A stretch of 64,000 bases of DNA from Eledone cirrhosa (lineage: Eukaryota), in NCBI GenBank assembly GCA_964016885.1, contig OZ024743.1, positions 361,770,001-361,834,000 on the forward strand. Reading direction: 5' to 3'. Shown in pieces: positions 1-13,469 of the stretch (within the stretch, counting starts at the first letter, position 1; every line of letters starts with the position of its first letter). A program made the position numbers and the translations under genes. The notes under the pieces are model-generated. The model was not told where the DNA came from. It made no database searches and saw only the letters and a list, made by a program, of their open reading frames with translations.

Positions 1-3000
1 TGTAAACAATTGTTATAACTAGTACAGCTCACAGTGGAAACAATTGTTATAACTAGTACAGCTGACAGTGGAAACAATTGTTATAACTAGTACAGCTGAC
101 AGTGGAAACAATTGTTATAACTAGTAGAGCTCACAGTGGAAACAATTGTTATAACTAGTACAGCTGACAGAGGAAACAATTGTTATAACTAGTACAGATG
201 ACAGTGGAAACAATTGTTATAACTAGTACAGCTGACAGTGGAAACAATTGTTATAACTAGTACAGCACACAGTGGAAACAATTGTTATAACTAGTACAGC
301 TGACAGTGGAAACAATTGTTATGACTAGTACAGCACACAGTGGAAACAATTGTTATAACTAGTACAGCACACAGTGCAAACAATTGTTATAACTAGTACA
401 GCTCACAGTGCAAATAATTGTTATAACTAGTACAGCTCACAGTGGAAACAATTGTTATAACTAGTACAGCTGACAGTGGAAACAATTGTTATAACTAGTA
501 CAGCTGACAGTGGAAACAATTGTTATAACTAGTACAGCTGACAGTGGAAACAATTGTTATAACTAGTACAGCTGACAGTGGAAACAATTGTTATAACTGG
601 TACAGCTGACAGTGGAAACAATTGTTATAACTACTACAGCACACAGTGGAAACAATTGTTATAACTAGTACAGCTCACAGTGCAAACAATTGTTATAACT
701 AGTACAGCACACAGTCGAAACAATTGTTATAACTAGTACAGCACACAGGGGAAACAATTATTATAACTAGTACAGGACACAGTGGAAACAATAGTTATAA
801 CTTGTACAGCACACAGTGGAAACAATTGTTATAACTAGTACAGCACACAGTGCAAACAATTTTTATAACTAGTACAGCACACAGTGCAAACAATTGTTAT
901 AACTAGCACAGCACACAGTGGAAACAATTGTTTTAACTAGTACAGCAAACAGTGGAAACAATTGTTATAACTAGCACATCACACAGGGGAAACAATTGTT
1001 ATAATTAGTACAGCACACAGTGGAAACAATTGTTATAACTAGTACAGCACACAGTGGAAACAATTGTTATAAATAGTACAGCACACAGTGGAAACAATTG
1101 TTATAACTAGTACAGCACACAGTGGAAACAATTGTTATAACTAGTACAGCTCACAGTGGAAACAATTGTTATAACTAGTACAGCAGACAGTGGAAACAAT
1201 TGTTATAACTAGTACAGCTGACAGTGGAAAGGATTGTTATAACTAGTACAGATGACAGTGGAAACAATTGTTATAACTAGTACAGCTGACAGTGGAAACA
1301 ATTGTTATAACTGGTACAGCTGACAGTGGAAACAATTGTTATAACTAGTACAGCACACAGTGGAAACAATTGTTATAACTAGTACAGCACACAGTGCAAA
1401 CAATTGTTATAACTAGTACAGCTCACAGAGCAAATAATTGTTATAACTAGTACAGCTCACAGTGGAAACAATTGTTATAACTAGTACAGCTGACAGTGGA
1501 AACAATTGTTATAACTAGTACAGCACACAGTGGAAATAATTGTTATAACTAGTACAGCACACAGTGCAAACAATTGTTATAACTAGTACAGCTCACAGTG
1601 CAAACAATTGTTATAACTAGTACAGATCACAGTGGAAACAATTGTTATAACTAGTACAGCTGACAGTGGAAACAATTGTTATACCTAGTACAGCTGACAG
1701 TGGAAACAATTGTTATAACTAGTACAGCTGACAGTGGAAACAATTGTTATAACTGGTACAGCTGACAGTGGAAACAATTGTTATAACTAGTACAGCACAC
1801 AGTGGAAACAATTGTTATAACTAGTACAGCTGACAGTGGAAACAATTGTTTTAACTAGTACAGCACACAGTGGAAACAATTGTTATAACTAGTACAGCAG
1901 ACAGTGCAAACAATTGTTATAACTAGTACAGCTCACAGTGCAAACAATTGTTGTAACTAGTACATCTCACAGTGGAAACAATTGTTATAACTAGTACAGC
2001 TGACAGTGGAAACAATTGTTATAACTAGTACAGCACACAGTGCAAACAATTTTTATAACTAGTACAGCACACAGTGCAAACAATTGTTATAACTAGCACA
2101 GCACACAGTGGAAACAATTGTTATAACTAGTACAGCTCACAGTGGAAACAATTGTTATAACTAGTACAGCTCACAGTGGAAACAATTGTTATGACTAGTA
2201 CAGCTCACAGTGGAAACAATTGTTATAACTAGTACAGCACACAGTGGAAACAATTGTTATAACTAGTACAGCACACAGTGGAAACAATTGTTATAACTAG
2301 TACAGCTGACAGTGGAAGCAATTGTTATAACTAGTACAGCTGACAGTGGAAACAATAGTTATAACTAGTACAGCACACAGTGGAAACAATTGTTATAACT
2401 AGTACAGCACACAGTGGAAACAATTGTTATAACTAGTACAGCAAACAGTGGAAACAATTGTTATAACTAGTAAAGCACACAATGGAAACAATTGTTATAA
2501 CTAGTACAGCTCACAGTGCAAACAGTTGTTATAACTAGTACAGCACACAGTGGAAACAATTGTTCTAACTAGTACAGCTCACAGTGCAAACAATTGTTAT
2601 AACTAGTACAGCACACAGTGGACATAATTGTTATAACTAGTACAGCACACAGTGCAAACAATTGTTATAACTAGTACAGCTCACAGTGCAAACAATTGTT
2701 ATAACTAGTACAGCTCACAGTGGAAAAATTGTTATAACTAGTACAGCTGACAGTGGAAATAATTGTTATAACTAGTACAGCTGACAGTGGAAACAATTGT
2801 TATAACTAGTACAGCACACGGTGGAAACAATTGTTATAACTACTACAGCTGACAGTGGAAACAATTGTTTTAACTAGTACAGCACACAGTGGAAACAATT
2901 GTTATAACTAGTACAGCTCACAGTGGAAACAATTGTTATAACTAGTACAGCTCACAGTGGAAACAATTGTTATAACTAGTACAGCACACAGTGGAAACAA

Positions 3001-5650
3001 TTGTTATAACTAGTACAGCTCACAGTGCAAACAATTGTTATAACTAGTACAGCACACAGTGGAAACAATTGTTATAACTAGACCAGCTCACAGTGCAAAC
3101 AATTGTTATAACTAGTACAGCACACAGTGGAAACAATTGTTATAACTAGTACAGCACACAGTGCAAACAATTGTTATAATTAGTACAGCACACAGTGGAA
3201 ACAATTGTTATAACTAGTACAGCACACACTGCAAACAATTTTTATAACTAGTACAGCACACAGTGCAGACAATTGTTATAACTAGCACAGCACACAGTGG
3301 AAACAATTGTTTTAACTAGTACAGCTCACAGTGGAAACAATTGTTATAACTAGTACAGCTCAGAGTGGAAACAATTGTTATGAGTAGTACAGCTCACAGT
3401 GGAAACAATTGTTATAACTAGTACAGCACACAGTGGAAACAATTGTTATAACTAGTACAGCTCACAGTGCAAACAATTATAATAACTAGTACAGCTCACA
3501 GTGGAAACAATTGTTATGACTAGTACAGCTGACAGTGGAAACAATTGATATAACTAGTACAGCAAACAGTGGAAACAATTGTTATAATTAGCACATCACA
3601 CAGGGGAAACAATTGTTATAACTAGTACAGCACACAGTGGAAACAATTGTTATAACTAGTACAGCACACAGTGGAAACAATTGTTATAACTAGTACAGCA
3701 CACAGTGGAAACAATTGTTATAACTAGTACAGCACACAGTGTAAACAATTGTTATAACTAGTACAGCTCACAGTGGAAACAATTGTTATAACTAGTACAG
3801 CTGACAGTGGAAACAATTGTTATAACTAGTACAGCTGACAGTGGAAACAATTGTTATAACTAGTAGAGCTCACAGTGGAAACAATTGTTATAACTAGTAC
3901 AGCTGACAGAGGAAACAATTGTTATAACTAGTACAGATGACAGTGGAAACAATTGTTATAACTAGTACAGCTGACAGTGGAAACAATTGTTATAACTAGT
4001 ACAGCACACAGTGGAAACAATTGTTATAACTAGTACAGCTGACAGTGGAAACAATTGTTATGACTAGTACATCACACAGTGGAAACAATTGTTATAACTA
4101 GTACAGCACACAGTGCAAACAATTGTTATAACTAGTACAGCTCACAGTGCAAATAATTGTTATAACTAGTACAGCTGACAGTGGAAACAATTGTTATAAC
4201 TAGTACAGCTGACAGTGGAAACAATTGTTATAACTAGTACAGCTGACAGTGGAAACAATTGTTATAACTAGTACAGCTGACAGTGGAAACAATTGTTATA
4301 ACTGATACAGCTGACAGTGGAAACAATTGCTATAACTAGTACAGCACACAGGGGAAACAATTGCTATAACTAGTACAGGACACAGTGGAAACAATAGTTA
4401 TAACTTGTACAGCACACAGTGGAAACAATTGTTATAACTAGTACAGCACACAGTGCAAACAATTTTTATAACTAGTACAGCACACAGTGCAAACAATTGT
4501 TATAACTAGCACAGCACACAGTGGAAACAATTGTTTTAACTAGTACAGCAAACAGTGGAAACAATTGTTATAACTAGCACATCACACAGGGGAAACAATT
4601 GTTATAATTAGTACAGCACACAGTGGAAACAATTGTTATAACTAGTACAGCACACAGTGGAAACAATTGTTATAAATAGTACAGCACACAGTGGAAACAA
4701 TTGTTATAACTAGTACAGCACACAGTGGAAACAATTGTTATAACTAGTACAGCTCACAGTGGAAACAATTGTTATAACTAGTACAGCAGACAGTGGAAAC
4801 AATTGTTATAACTAGTACAGCTGACAGTGGAAAGGATTGTTATAACTAGTACAGCTCACAGTGGAAACAATTGTTATAACTAGTACAGCTGACAGAGGAA
4901 ACAATTGTTATAACTAGTACAGATGACAGTGGAAACAATTGTTATAACTAGTACAGCTGACAGTGGAAACAATTGTTATAACTGGTACAGCTGACAGTGG
5001 AAACAATTGTTATAACTAGTACAGCACACAGTGGAAACAATTGTTATAACTAGTACAGCACACAGTGCAAACAATTGTTATAACTAGTACAGCTCACAGA
5101 GCAAATAATTGTTATAACTAGTACAGCTCACAGTGGAAACAATTGTTATAACTAGTACAGCTGACAGTGGAAACATTTGTTATAACTAGTACAGCACACA
5201 GTGGAAATAATTGTTATAACTAGTACAGCACACAGTGCAAACAATTGTTATAACTAGTACAGCTCACAGTGCAAACAATTGTTATAACTAGTACAGCTCA
5301 CAGTGCAAACAATTGTTATAACTAGTACAGCTGACAGTGGAAACAATTGTTATAACTAGTACAGCTGACAGTGGAAACAATTGTTATAACTAGTACAGCT
5401 GACAGTGGAAACAATTGTTATAACTGGTACAGCTGACAGTGGAGACAATTGTTATAACTAGTACAGCACACAGTGGAAACAATTGTTATAACTAGTACAG
5501 CTGACAGTGGAAACAATTGTTTTAACTAGTACAGCACACAGTGGAAACAATTGTTATAACTAGTACAGCAGACAGTGCAAACAATTGTTATAACTAGTAC
5601 AGCTCACAGTGCAAACAATTGTTGTAACTAGTACATCTCACAGTGGAAAT
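1..5650 (+). repeat. Diverged duplicated block: ~1-1980 recurs at ~3740-5650 (offset 3739, shifting to 3603 and then 3671 by whole-monomer loss/gain)
   Basis: Shared rare variants in the same order: TGTAAAC 1/3740, TAGTAGAG 122/3861, CTTGTAC 801/4404, GGATTG 1231/4834, CAAATA after CAGAG 1431/5102, TTGTAACTAGTACATC 1951/5622. Confidence 0.85.
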
Positions 5651-5729
5651 AATTGTTATAACTAGTACAGCTCACAGTGGAAACAATTGTTATAACTAGT
5701 ACAGCTCACAGTGGAAACAATTGTTATGA

Positions 5730-8700
5730 CTAGTACAGCTCACAGTGGAAACAATTGTTATGACTAGTACAGCTCACAGTGGAAACAATTGTTATAACTA
5801 GTACAGCACACAGTGGAAACAATTGTTATAATTAGTACAGCACACAGTGCAAACAATTGTTATAACTAGTACAGCTCACAGTGGAAACAATTGTTATAAC
5901 TAGTACAGTACACAGTGGAAATAATTGTTATAACTAGTACAGCACACAGTGGAAACAATTCTTACAACTAGTAAAGCACACAGTGGAAACAATTGTTATA
6001 AATAGTACAGCACACAGTGGAAATAATTGTTATAACTAGTACAGCACACAGTGCAAACAATTGTTATAACTGGTACAGCACACAGTGCAAACAATTGTTA
6101 TAACTAGTACAGCTCACATTTTCAAATAATTGTTATAACTAGTACAGCTCACAGTGGAAACAATTGTTATAACTAGTACAGCTGACAGTGGAAACAATTG
6201 TTATAACTAGTACAGCTGACAGTGGAAACAATTGTTATAACTATTACATCTGACAGTGGAAACAATTGTTACAACTAGTACAGCTGACAGTGGAAACAAT
6301 TGTTATAACTGGTACAGCTGACAGTGGAAACAATTGTTATAACTAGTACAGCACACAGTGGAAACAATTGTTATAACTAGTACAGCTGACAGTGGAAACA
6401 ATTGTTTTAACTAGTATAGCACACAGTGGAAACAATTGTTATAACTAGTACAGCACACAGTGGAAACAATTGTTATAACTAGTACAGCTCACAGTGCAAA
6501 CAATTGTTATAAATAGTACAGCACACAGTGGAAACAATTGTTATAACTAGTACAGCAAAACAGTGGAAACAATTGTTATAACTAGTACAGCACACAGGGG
6601 AAACAATTGTTATAACTAGTACAGGACACAGTGGAAACAATTGTTATAACTAGTACAGCACACAGTGGAAACAATTGTTATAACTAGTACAGCTCACAGT
6701 GCAAACAATTGTTATAACTAGTACAGCACACAGTGGAAACAATTGTTATAACTAGTACAGCACACAGTGGAAACAATTGTTATAACTAGTACAGCACACA
6801 GGGGAAAAAATTGTTATAACTAGTACAGCACACAGTGGAAACAATTGTTACAACTAGTAAAGCACACAGTGGAAACAATTGTTATAACTAGTACAGCACA
6901 TAGTGGAAACAATTGTTATAACTAGTACAGATCACAGTGGAAACAATTGTTATAACTAGTACAGCACACAGTGCAAACAATTGTTATAACTGGTACAGCT
7001 CACAGTGGAAACAATTGTTATAACTAGTACAGCACACAGTGGAAACAATTGTTATAACTAGTACAGCTGACAGTGGAAACAATTGTTATAACTAGTACAG
7101 CACACAGTGGAAACAATTGTTATAACTAGTACAGCTGACAGTGGAAACAATTGTTATAACTAGTACAGCTCACAGTGGAAACAATTGTTATAAGTAGTAC
7201 CGCACACAGTGGAAATAATTGTTATAACTAGTACAGCTGACAGTGGAAACAATTGTTATAACTAGTACAGCTGACAGTGGAAACAATTGTTATAACTAGT
7301 ACAGCACACAGTGGAAACAATTGTTATAACTAGTACAGCACACAGTGGAAACAATTGTTATAACTAGTACAGCACACAGTGGAAACAATTGTTATAACTA
7401 GTACAGCTGACAGTGGAAACAATTGTTATAACTAGTACAGCACACAATGGAAACAAATTGTTATAACTAGTACAGCTCACAGTGCAAACAATTGTTATAA
7501 CTAGTACAGCACACAGTGGAAACAATTGTTATAACTAGTACAGCTCACAGTGCAAACAATTGTTATAACTAGTACAGCACACAGTGGAAACAATTGTTAT
7601 AACTAGTACAGCCACACAGTGGAAACAATTGTTATAACTAGTACAGCACACAGTGCAAACAATTGTTATAACTAGTACAGCTCACAGTGCAAACAATTGT
7701 TATAACTAGTACAGCTCAGAGTGGAAACAATTGTTATAACTAGTACAGCAGACAGTGGAAACAATTGTTATAACTAGTACAGCTGACAGTGGAAAGGATT
7801 GTTATAACTAGTACAGCTCACAGTGGAAACAATTGTTATGACTAGTACAGCTCACAGTGGAAACAATTGTTATAACTAGTACAGCACACAGTGGAAACAA
7901 TTGTTATAATTAGTACAGCACACAGTGCAAACAATTGTTATAACTAGTACAGCTCACAGTGGAAACAATTGTTATAACTAGTACAGTACACAGTGGAAAT
8001 AATTGTTATAACTAGTACAGCACACAGTGGAAACAATTCTTACAACTAGTAAAGCACACAGTGGAAACAATTGTTATAAATAGTACAGCACACAGTGGAA
8101 ATAATTGTTATAACTAGTACAGCACACAGTGCAAACAATTGTTATAACTGGTACAGCACACAGTGCAAACAATTGTTATAACTAGTACAGCTCACATTTT
8201 CAAATAATTGTTATAACTAGTACAGCTCACAGTGGAAACAATTGTTATAACTAGTACAGCTGACAGTGGAAACAATTGTTATAACTAGTACAGCTGACAG
8301 TGGAAACAATTGTTATAACTATTACATCTGACAGTGGAAACAATTGTTACAACTAGTACAGCTGACAGTGGAAACAATTGTTATAACTGGTACAGCTGAC
8401 AGTGGAAACAATTGTTATAACTAGTACAGCACACAGTGGAAACAATTGTTATAACTAGTACAGCTGACAGTGGAAACAATTGTTTTAACTAGTATAGCAC
8501 ACAGTGGAAACAATTGTTATAACTAGTACAGCACACAGTGGAAACAATTGTTATAACTAGTACAGCTCACAGTGCAAACAATTGTTATAAATAGTACAGC
8601 ACACAGTGGAAACAATTGTTATAACTAGTACAGCAAAACAGTGGAAACAATTGTTATAACTAGTACAGCACACAGGGGAAACAATTGTTATAACTAGTAC

Positions 8701-9828
8701 AGGACACAGTGGAAACAATTGTTATAACTAGTACAGCACACAGTGGAAACAATTGTTATAACTAGTACAGCTCACAGTGCAAACAATTGTTATAACTAGT
8801 ACAGCACACAGTGGAAACAATTGTTATAACTAGTACAGCACACAGTGGAAACAATTGTTATAACTAGTACAGCACACAGGGGAAAAAATTGTTATAACTA
8901 GTACAGCACACAGTGGAAACAATTGTTACAACTAGTAAAGCACACAGTGGAAACAATTGTTATAACTAGTACAGCACATAGTGGAAACAATTGTTATAAC
9001 TAGTACAGATCACAGTGGAAACAATTGTTATAACTAGTACAGCACACAGTGCAAACAATTGTTATAACTGGTACAGCTCACAGTGGAAACAATTGTTATA
9101 ACTAGTACAGCACACAGTGGAAACAATTGTTATAACTAGTACAGCTGACAGTGGAAACAATTGTTATAACTAGTACAGCACACAGTGGAAACAATTGTTA
9201 TAACTAGTACAGCTGACAGTGGAAACAATTGTTATAACTAGTACAGCTCACAGTGGAAACAATTGTTATAAGTAGTACCGCACACAGTGGAAATAATTGT
9301 TATAACTAGTACAGCTGACAGTGGAAACAATTGTTATAACTAGTACAGCTGACAGTGGAAACAATTGTTATAACTAGTACAGCACACAGTGGAAACAATT
9401 GTTATAACTAGTACAGCACACAGTGGAAACAATTGTTATAACTAGTACAGCACACAGTGGAAACAATTGTTATAACTAGTACAGCTGACAGTGGAAACAA
9501 TTGTTATAACTAGTACAGCACACAATGGAAACAAATTGTTATAACTAGTACAGCTCACAGTGCAAACAATTGTTATAACTAGTACAGCACACAGTGGAAA
9601 CAATTGTTATAACTAGTACAGCTCACAGTGCAAACAATTGTTATAACTAGTACAGCACACAGTGGAAACAATTGTTATAACTAGTACAGCCACACAGTGG
9701 AAACAATTGTTATAACTAGTACAGCACACAGTGCAAACAATTGTTATAACTAGTACAGCTCACAGTGCAAACAATTGTTATAACTAGTACAGCTCAGAGT
9801 GGAAACAATTGTTATAACTAGTACAGCA
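5730..9828 (+). repeat. Tandem duplication of 61 monomers (period 2078 bp = 61x34+4)
   Basis: Markers at constant offset 2078: TTATG 5758/7836, CAAATA of CACATTTTCAAATA 6123/8201, AGTATAG 6413/8491, ACAGCTCAGA 7711/9789. Four +1 monomers per copy explain the +4. Confidence 0.92.
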
Positions 9829-12800
9829 CACAGTGGAAACAATTGTTATAACTAGTACAGCTCACAGTGGAAACAATTGTTATAACTAGTACAGCTGACA
9901 GTGGAAACAATTGTTATAACTAGTACAGCACACAGTGCAAACAATTTTTATAACTAGTACAGCACACAGTGCAAACAGTTGTTATAACTAGCACAGCACA
10001 GAGTGCAAACAATTGTTATAATTAGTACAGCACACATTGGAAACAATTGTTATAACTAGTACAGCACACAGTGGAAACAATTGTTATAACTAGTACAGCA
10101 CACAGTGGAAACAATTATTATAACTAGTACAGCTGACAGTGGAAAAAATTGTTATAACTAGTACAGCACACAGTGCAAACAATTTTTATGACTAGTACAG
10201 CACACAGTGCAAACAATTGTTATAATTAGTACAGCACACAGTGGAAACAATTGTTTTAACTAGTACAGCTCACAGTGGAAACAATTGTTATGACTAGTAC
10301 AGCTCACAGTGGAAACAATTGTTATAACTAGTACAGCACACAGTGGAAACAATTGTTATAACTAGTACAGCAAACAGTGGAAACAATTGTTATAACTAGC
10401 ACATCACACAGGGGAAACAATTGTTATAATTAGTACAGCACACAGTGGAAACAATTGTTATAACTAGTACAGCACACAGTGGAAACAATTGTTATAACTA
10501 GTACAGCACACAGTGGAAACAATTGTTATAACTAGTACAGCACACAGTGGAAACAATTGTTATAGCTAGTACAGCACACAGTGCATACAATTGTTATAAC
10601 TGGTACAGCTCACAGTGGAAACAATTGTTATAACTAGTACAGCACACAGTGGAAACAATTGTTATAACTAGTACAGCTGACAGTGGAAACAATTGTCATA
10701 ACTAGTACAGCACACAGTGGAAACAATTGTTATAACTAGTACAGCACACAGTGGAAACAATTGTTATAACTAGTACAGCACACAGTGGAAACAATTGTTA
10801 TAACTAGTACAGCTCACAGTGGAAACAATTGTTATAACTAGTACAGCTGACAGTGGAAACAATTGTTATAACTAGTACAGCTGACAGTGGAAACAATTGT
10901 TATAACTAGTACAGCACACAGTGGAAACAATTGTTATAACTAGTACAGCACACAGTGGAAACAATTGTTATAACTAGTACAGCACACAGTGGAAACAATT
11001 GTTATAACTAGTACAGCTGACAGAGGAAACAATTGTTATAACTAGTACAGATGACAGTGGAAACAATTGTTATAAATAGTACAGCAGACAGTGGAAACAA
11101 TTGTTATAACTGGTACAGCACACAGTGGAAACAATTGTTATAACTAGTACAGCTGACAGTGGAAACAATTGTTATAACTAGTACAGCACACAGTGGAAAC
11201 AATTGTTATAACTAGTACAGCACACAGTGCAAACAATTGTTATAACTAGTACAGCTCACAGTGCAAATAATTGTTATAACTAGTACAGCTCACAGTGGAA
11301 ACAATTGTTATAACTAGTACAGCTGACAGTGGAAACAATTGTTATAACTAGTACAGCACACAGTGGAAACAATTGTTATAACTAGTACAGCACACAGTGC
11401 AAACAATTGTTATAACTAGTACAGCTCACAGTGCAAACAATTGTTATAACTAGTACAGATCACAGTGGAAACAATTGTTATAACTAGTACAGCTGACAGT
11501 GGAAACATTTGTTATAACTAGTACAGCTCACAGTGCAAACAATTGTTATAACTAGTACAGCACACAGTGGAAACAATTGTTATAACTAGTACAGCAAAAC
11601 AGTGGAAACAATTGTTATAACTAGTACAGCACACAGGGGAAACAATTGTTATAACTAGTACAGGACACAGTGGAAACAATTGTTATAACTAGTACAGCAC
11701 ACAGTGGAAACAATTGTTATAACTAGTACAGCTCACAGTGCAAACAATTGTTATAACTAGTACAGCACACAGTGGAAACAATTGTTATAACTAGTACAGC
11801 ACACAGTGGAAACAATTGTTATAACTAGTACAGCACACAGGGGAAACAATTGTTATAACTAGTACAGCACACAGTGGAAACAATTGTTACAACTAGTAAA
11901 GCACATAGTGGAAACAATTGTTATAACTAGTACAGCACATAGTGGAAACAATTGTTATAACTAGTACAGATCACAGTGGAAACAATTGTTATAACTAGTA
12001 CAGCACACAGTGCAAACAATTGTTATAACTGGTACAGCTCACAGTGGAAACAATTGTTATAACTAGTACAGCACACAGTGGAAACAATTGTTATAACTAG
12101 TACAGCTGACAGTGGAAACAATTGTTATAACTAGTACAGCACACAGTGGAAACAATTGTTATAACTAGTACAGCTCACAGTGGAAACAATTGTTATAACT
12201 AGTACAGCTCACAGTGGAAACAATTGTTATAAGTAGTACCGCACACAGTGGAAATAATTGTTATAACTAGTACAGCTGACAGTGGAAACAATTGTTATAA
12301 CTAGTACAGCTGACAGTGGAAACAATTGTTATAACTAGTACAGCACACAGTGGAAACAATTGTTATAACTAGTACAGCACACAGTGGAAACAATTGTTAT
12401 AACTAGTACAGCACACAGTGGAAACAATTGTTATAACTAGTACAGCTGACAGTGGAAACAATTGTTATAACTAGTACAGCTGACAGTGGAAACAATTGTT
12501 ATAACTAGTACAGCACACAATGGAAACAAATTGTTATAACTAGTACAGCTCACAGTGCAAACAATTGTTATAACTAGTACAGCACACAGTGGAAACAATT
12601 GTTATAACTAGTACAGCTCACAGTGCAAACAATTGTTATAACTAGTACAGCACACAGTGGAAACAATTGTTATAACTAGTACAGCACACAGTGCAAACAA
12701 TTGTTATAACTAGTACAGCTCACAGTGCAAACAATTGTTATAACTAGTACAGATCACAGTGGAAACAATTGTTATAACTAGTACAGCTGACAGTGGAAAC

Positions 12801-13469
12801 ATTTGTTATAACTAGTACAGCTGACAGTGGAAACAATTGTTATAACTGGTACAGCTGACAGTGGAAACAATTGTTATAACTAGTACAGCACACAGTGGAA
12901 ACAATTATTATAACTAGTACAGCTGACAGTGGAAACAATTGTTTTAACTAGTACAGCACACAGTGCAAACAATTGTTATAACTAGTACAGCACACAGTGG
13001 AAACAATTGTTATAACTAGTACAGTCTACAGTGCAAACAATTGTTATAACTAGTACAGCTCACAGTGCAAATAATTGTTATAACTAGTACAGCTCACAGT
13101 GGAAACAATTGTTATAACTAGTACAGCTGACAGTGGAAACAATTGTTATAACTAGTACAGCACACAGTGGAAATAATTGTTATAAATAGTACAGCACACA
13201 GTGCAAACAATTGTTATAACTAGTACAGCTCACAGTGCAAACAATTGTTATAACTAGTACAGATCACAGTGGAAACAATTGTTATAACTAGTACCGCTGA
13301 CAGTGGAAACAATTGTTATAACTAGTACAGCTGACAGTGGAAACAATTGTTATAACTAGTACAGCTGACAGTGGAAACAATTGTTATAACTAGTACAGCA
13401 CACATTGGAAACAATTGTTATAACTAGTACAGCTGACAGTGGAAACAATTGTTTTAACTAGTACAGCAC

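Noticed and set aside
1-34. 34-bp length as in loxP/FRT sites, with ATAACT/GTTAT words
   Set aside because: There is no 13-8-13 inverted-repeat architecture, no extended similarity and no recombinase gene.
8-42. Resemblance to lac operator or vector sequence (AATTGTTAT..GCTCACA; CACACAG..GAAACA)
   Set aside because: The half-sites are separated by 10 bp rather than the 2 bp (CC) of lacO. The natural-looking variant spectrum and nested duplications do not fit a synthetic lacO array.
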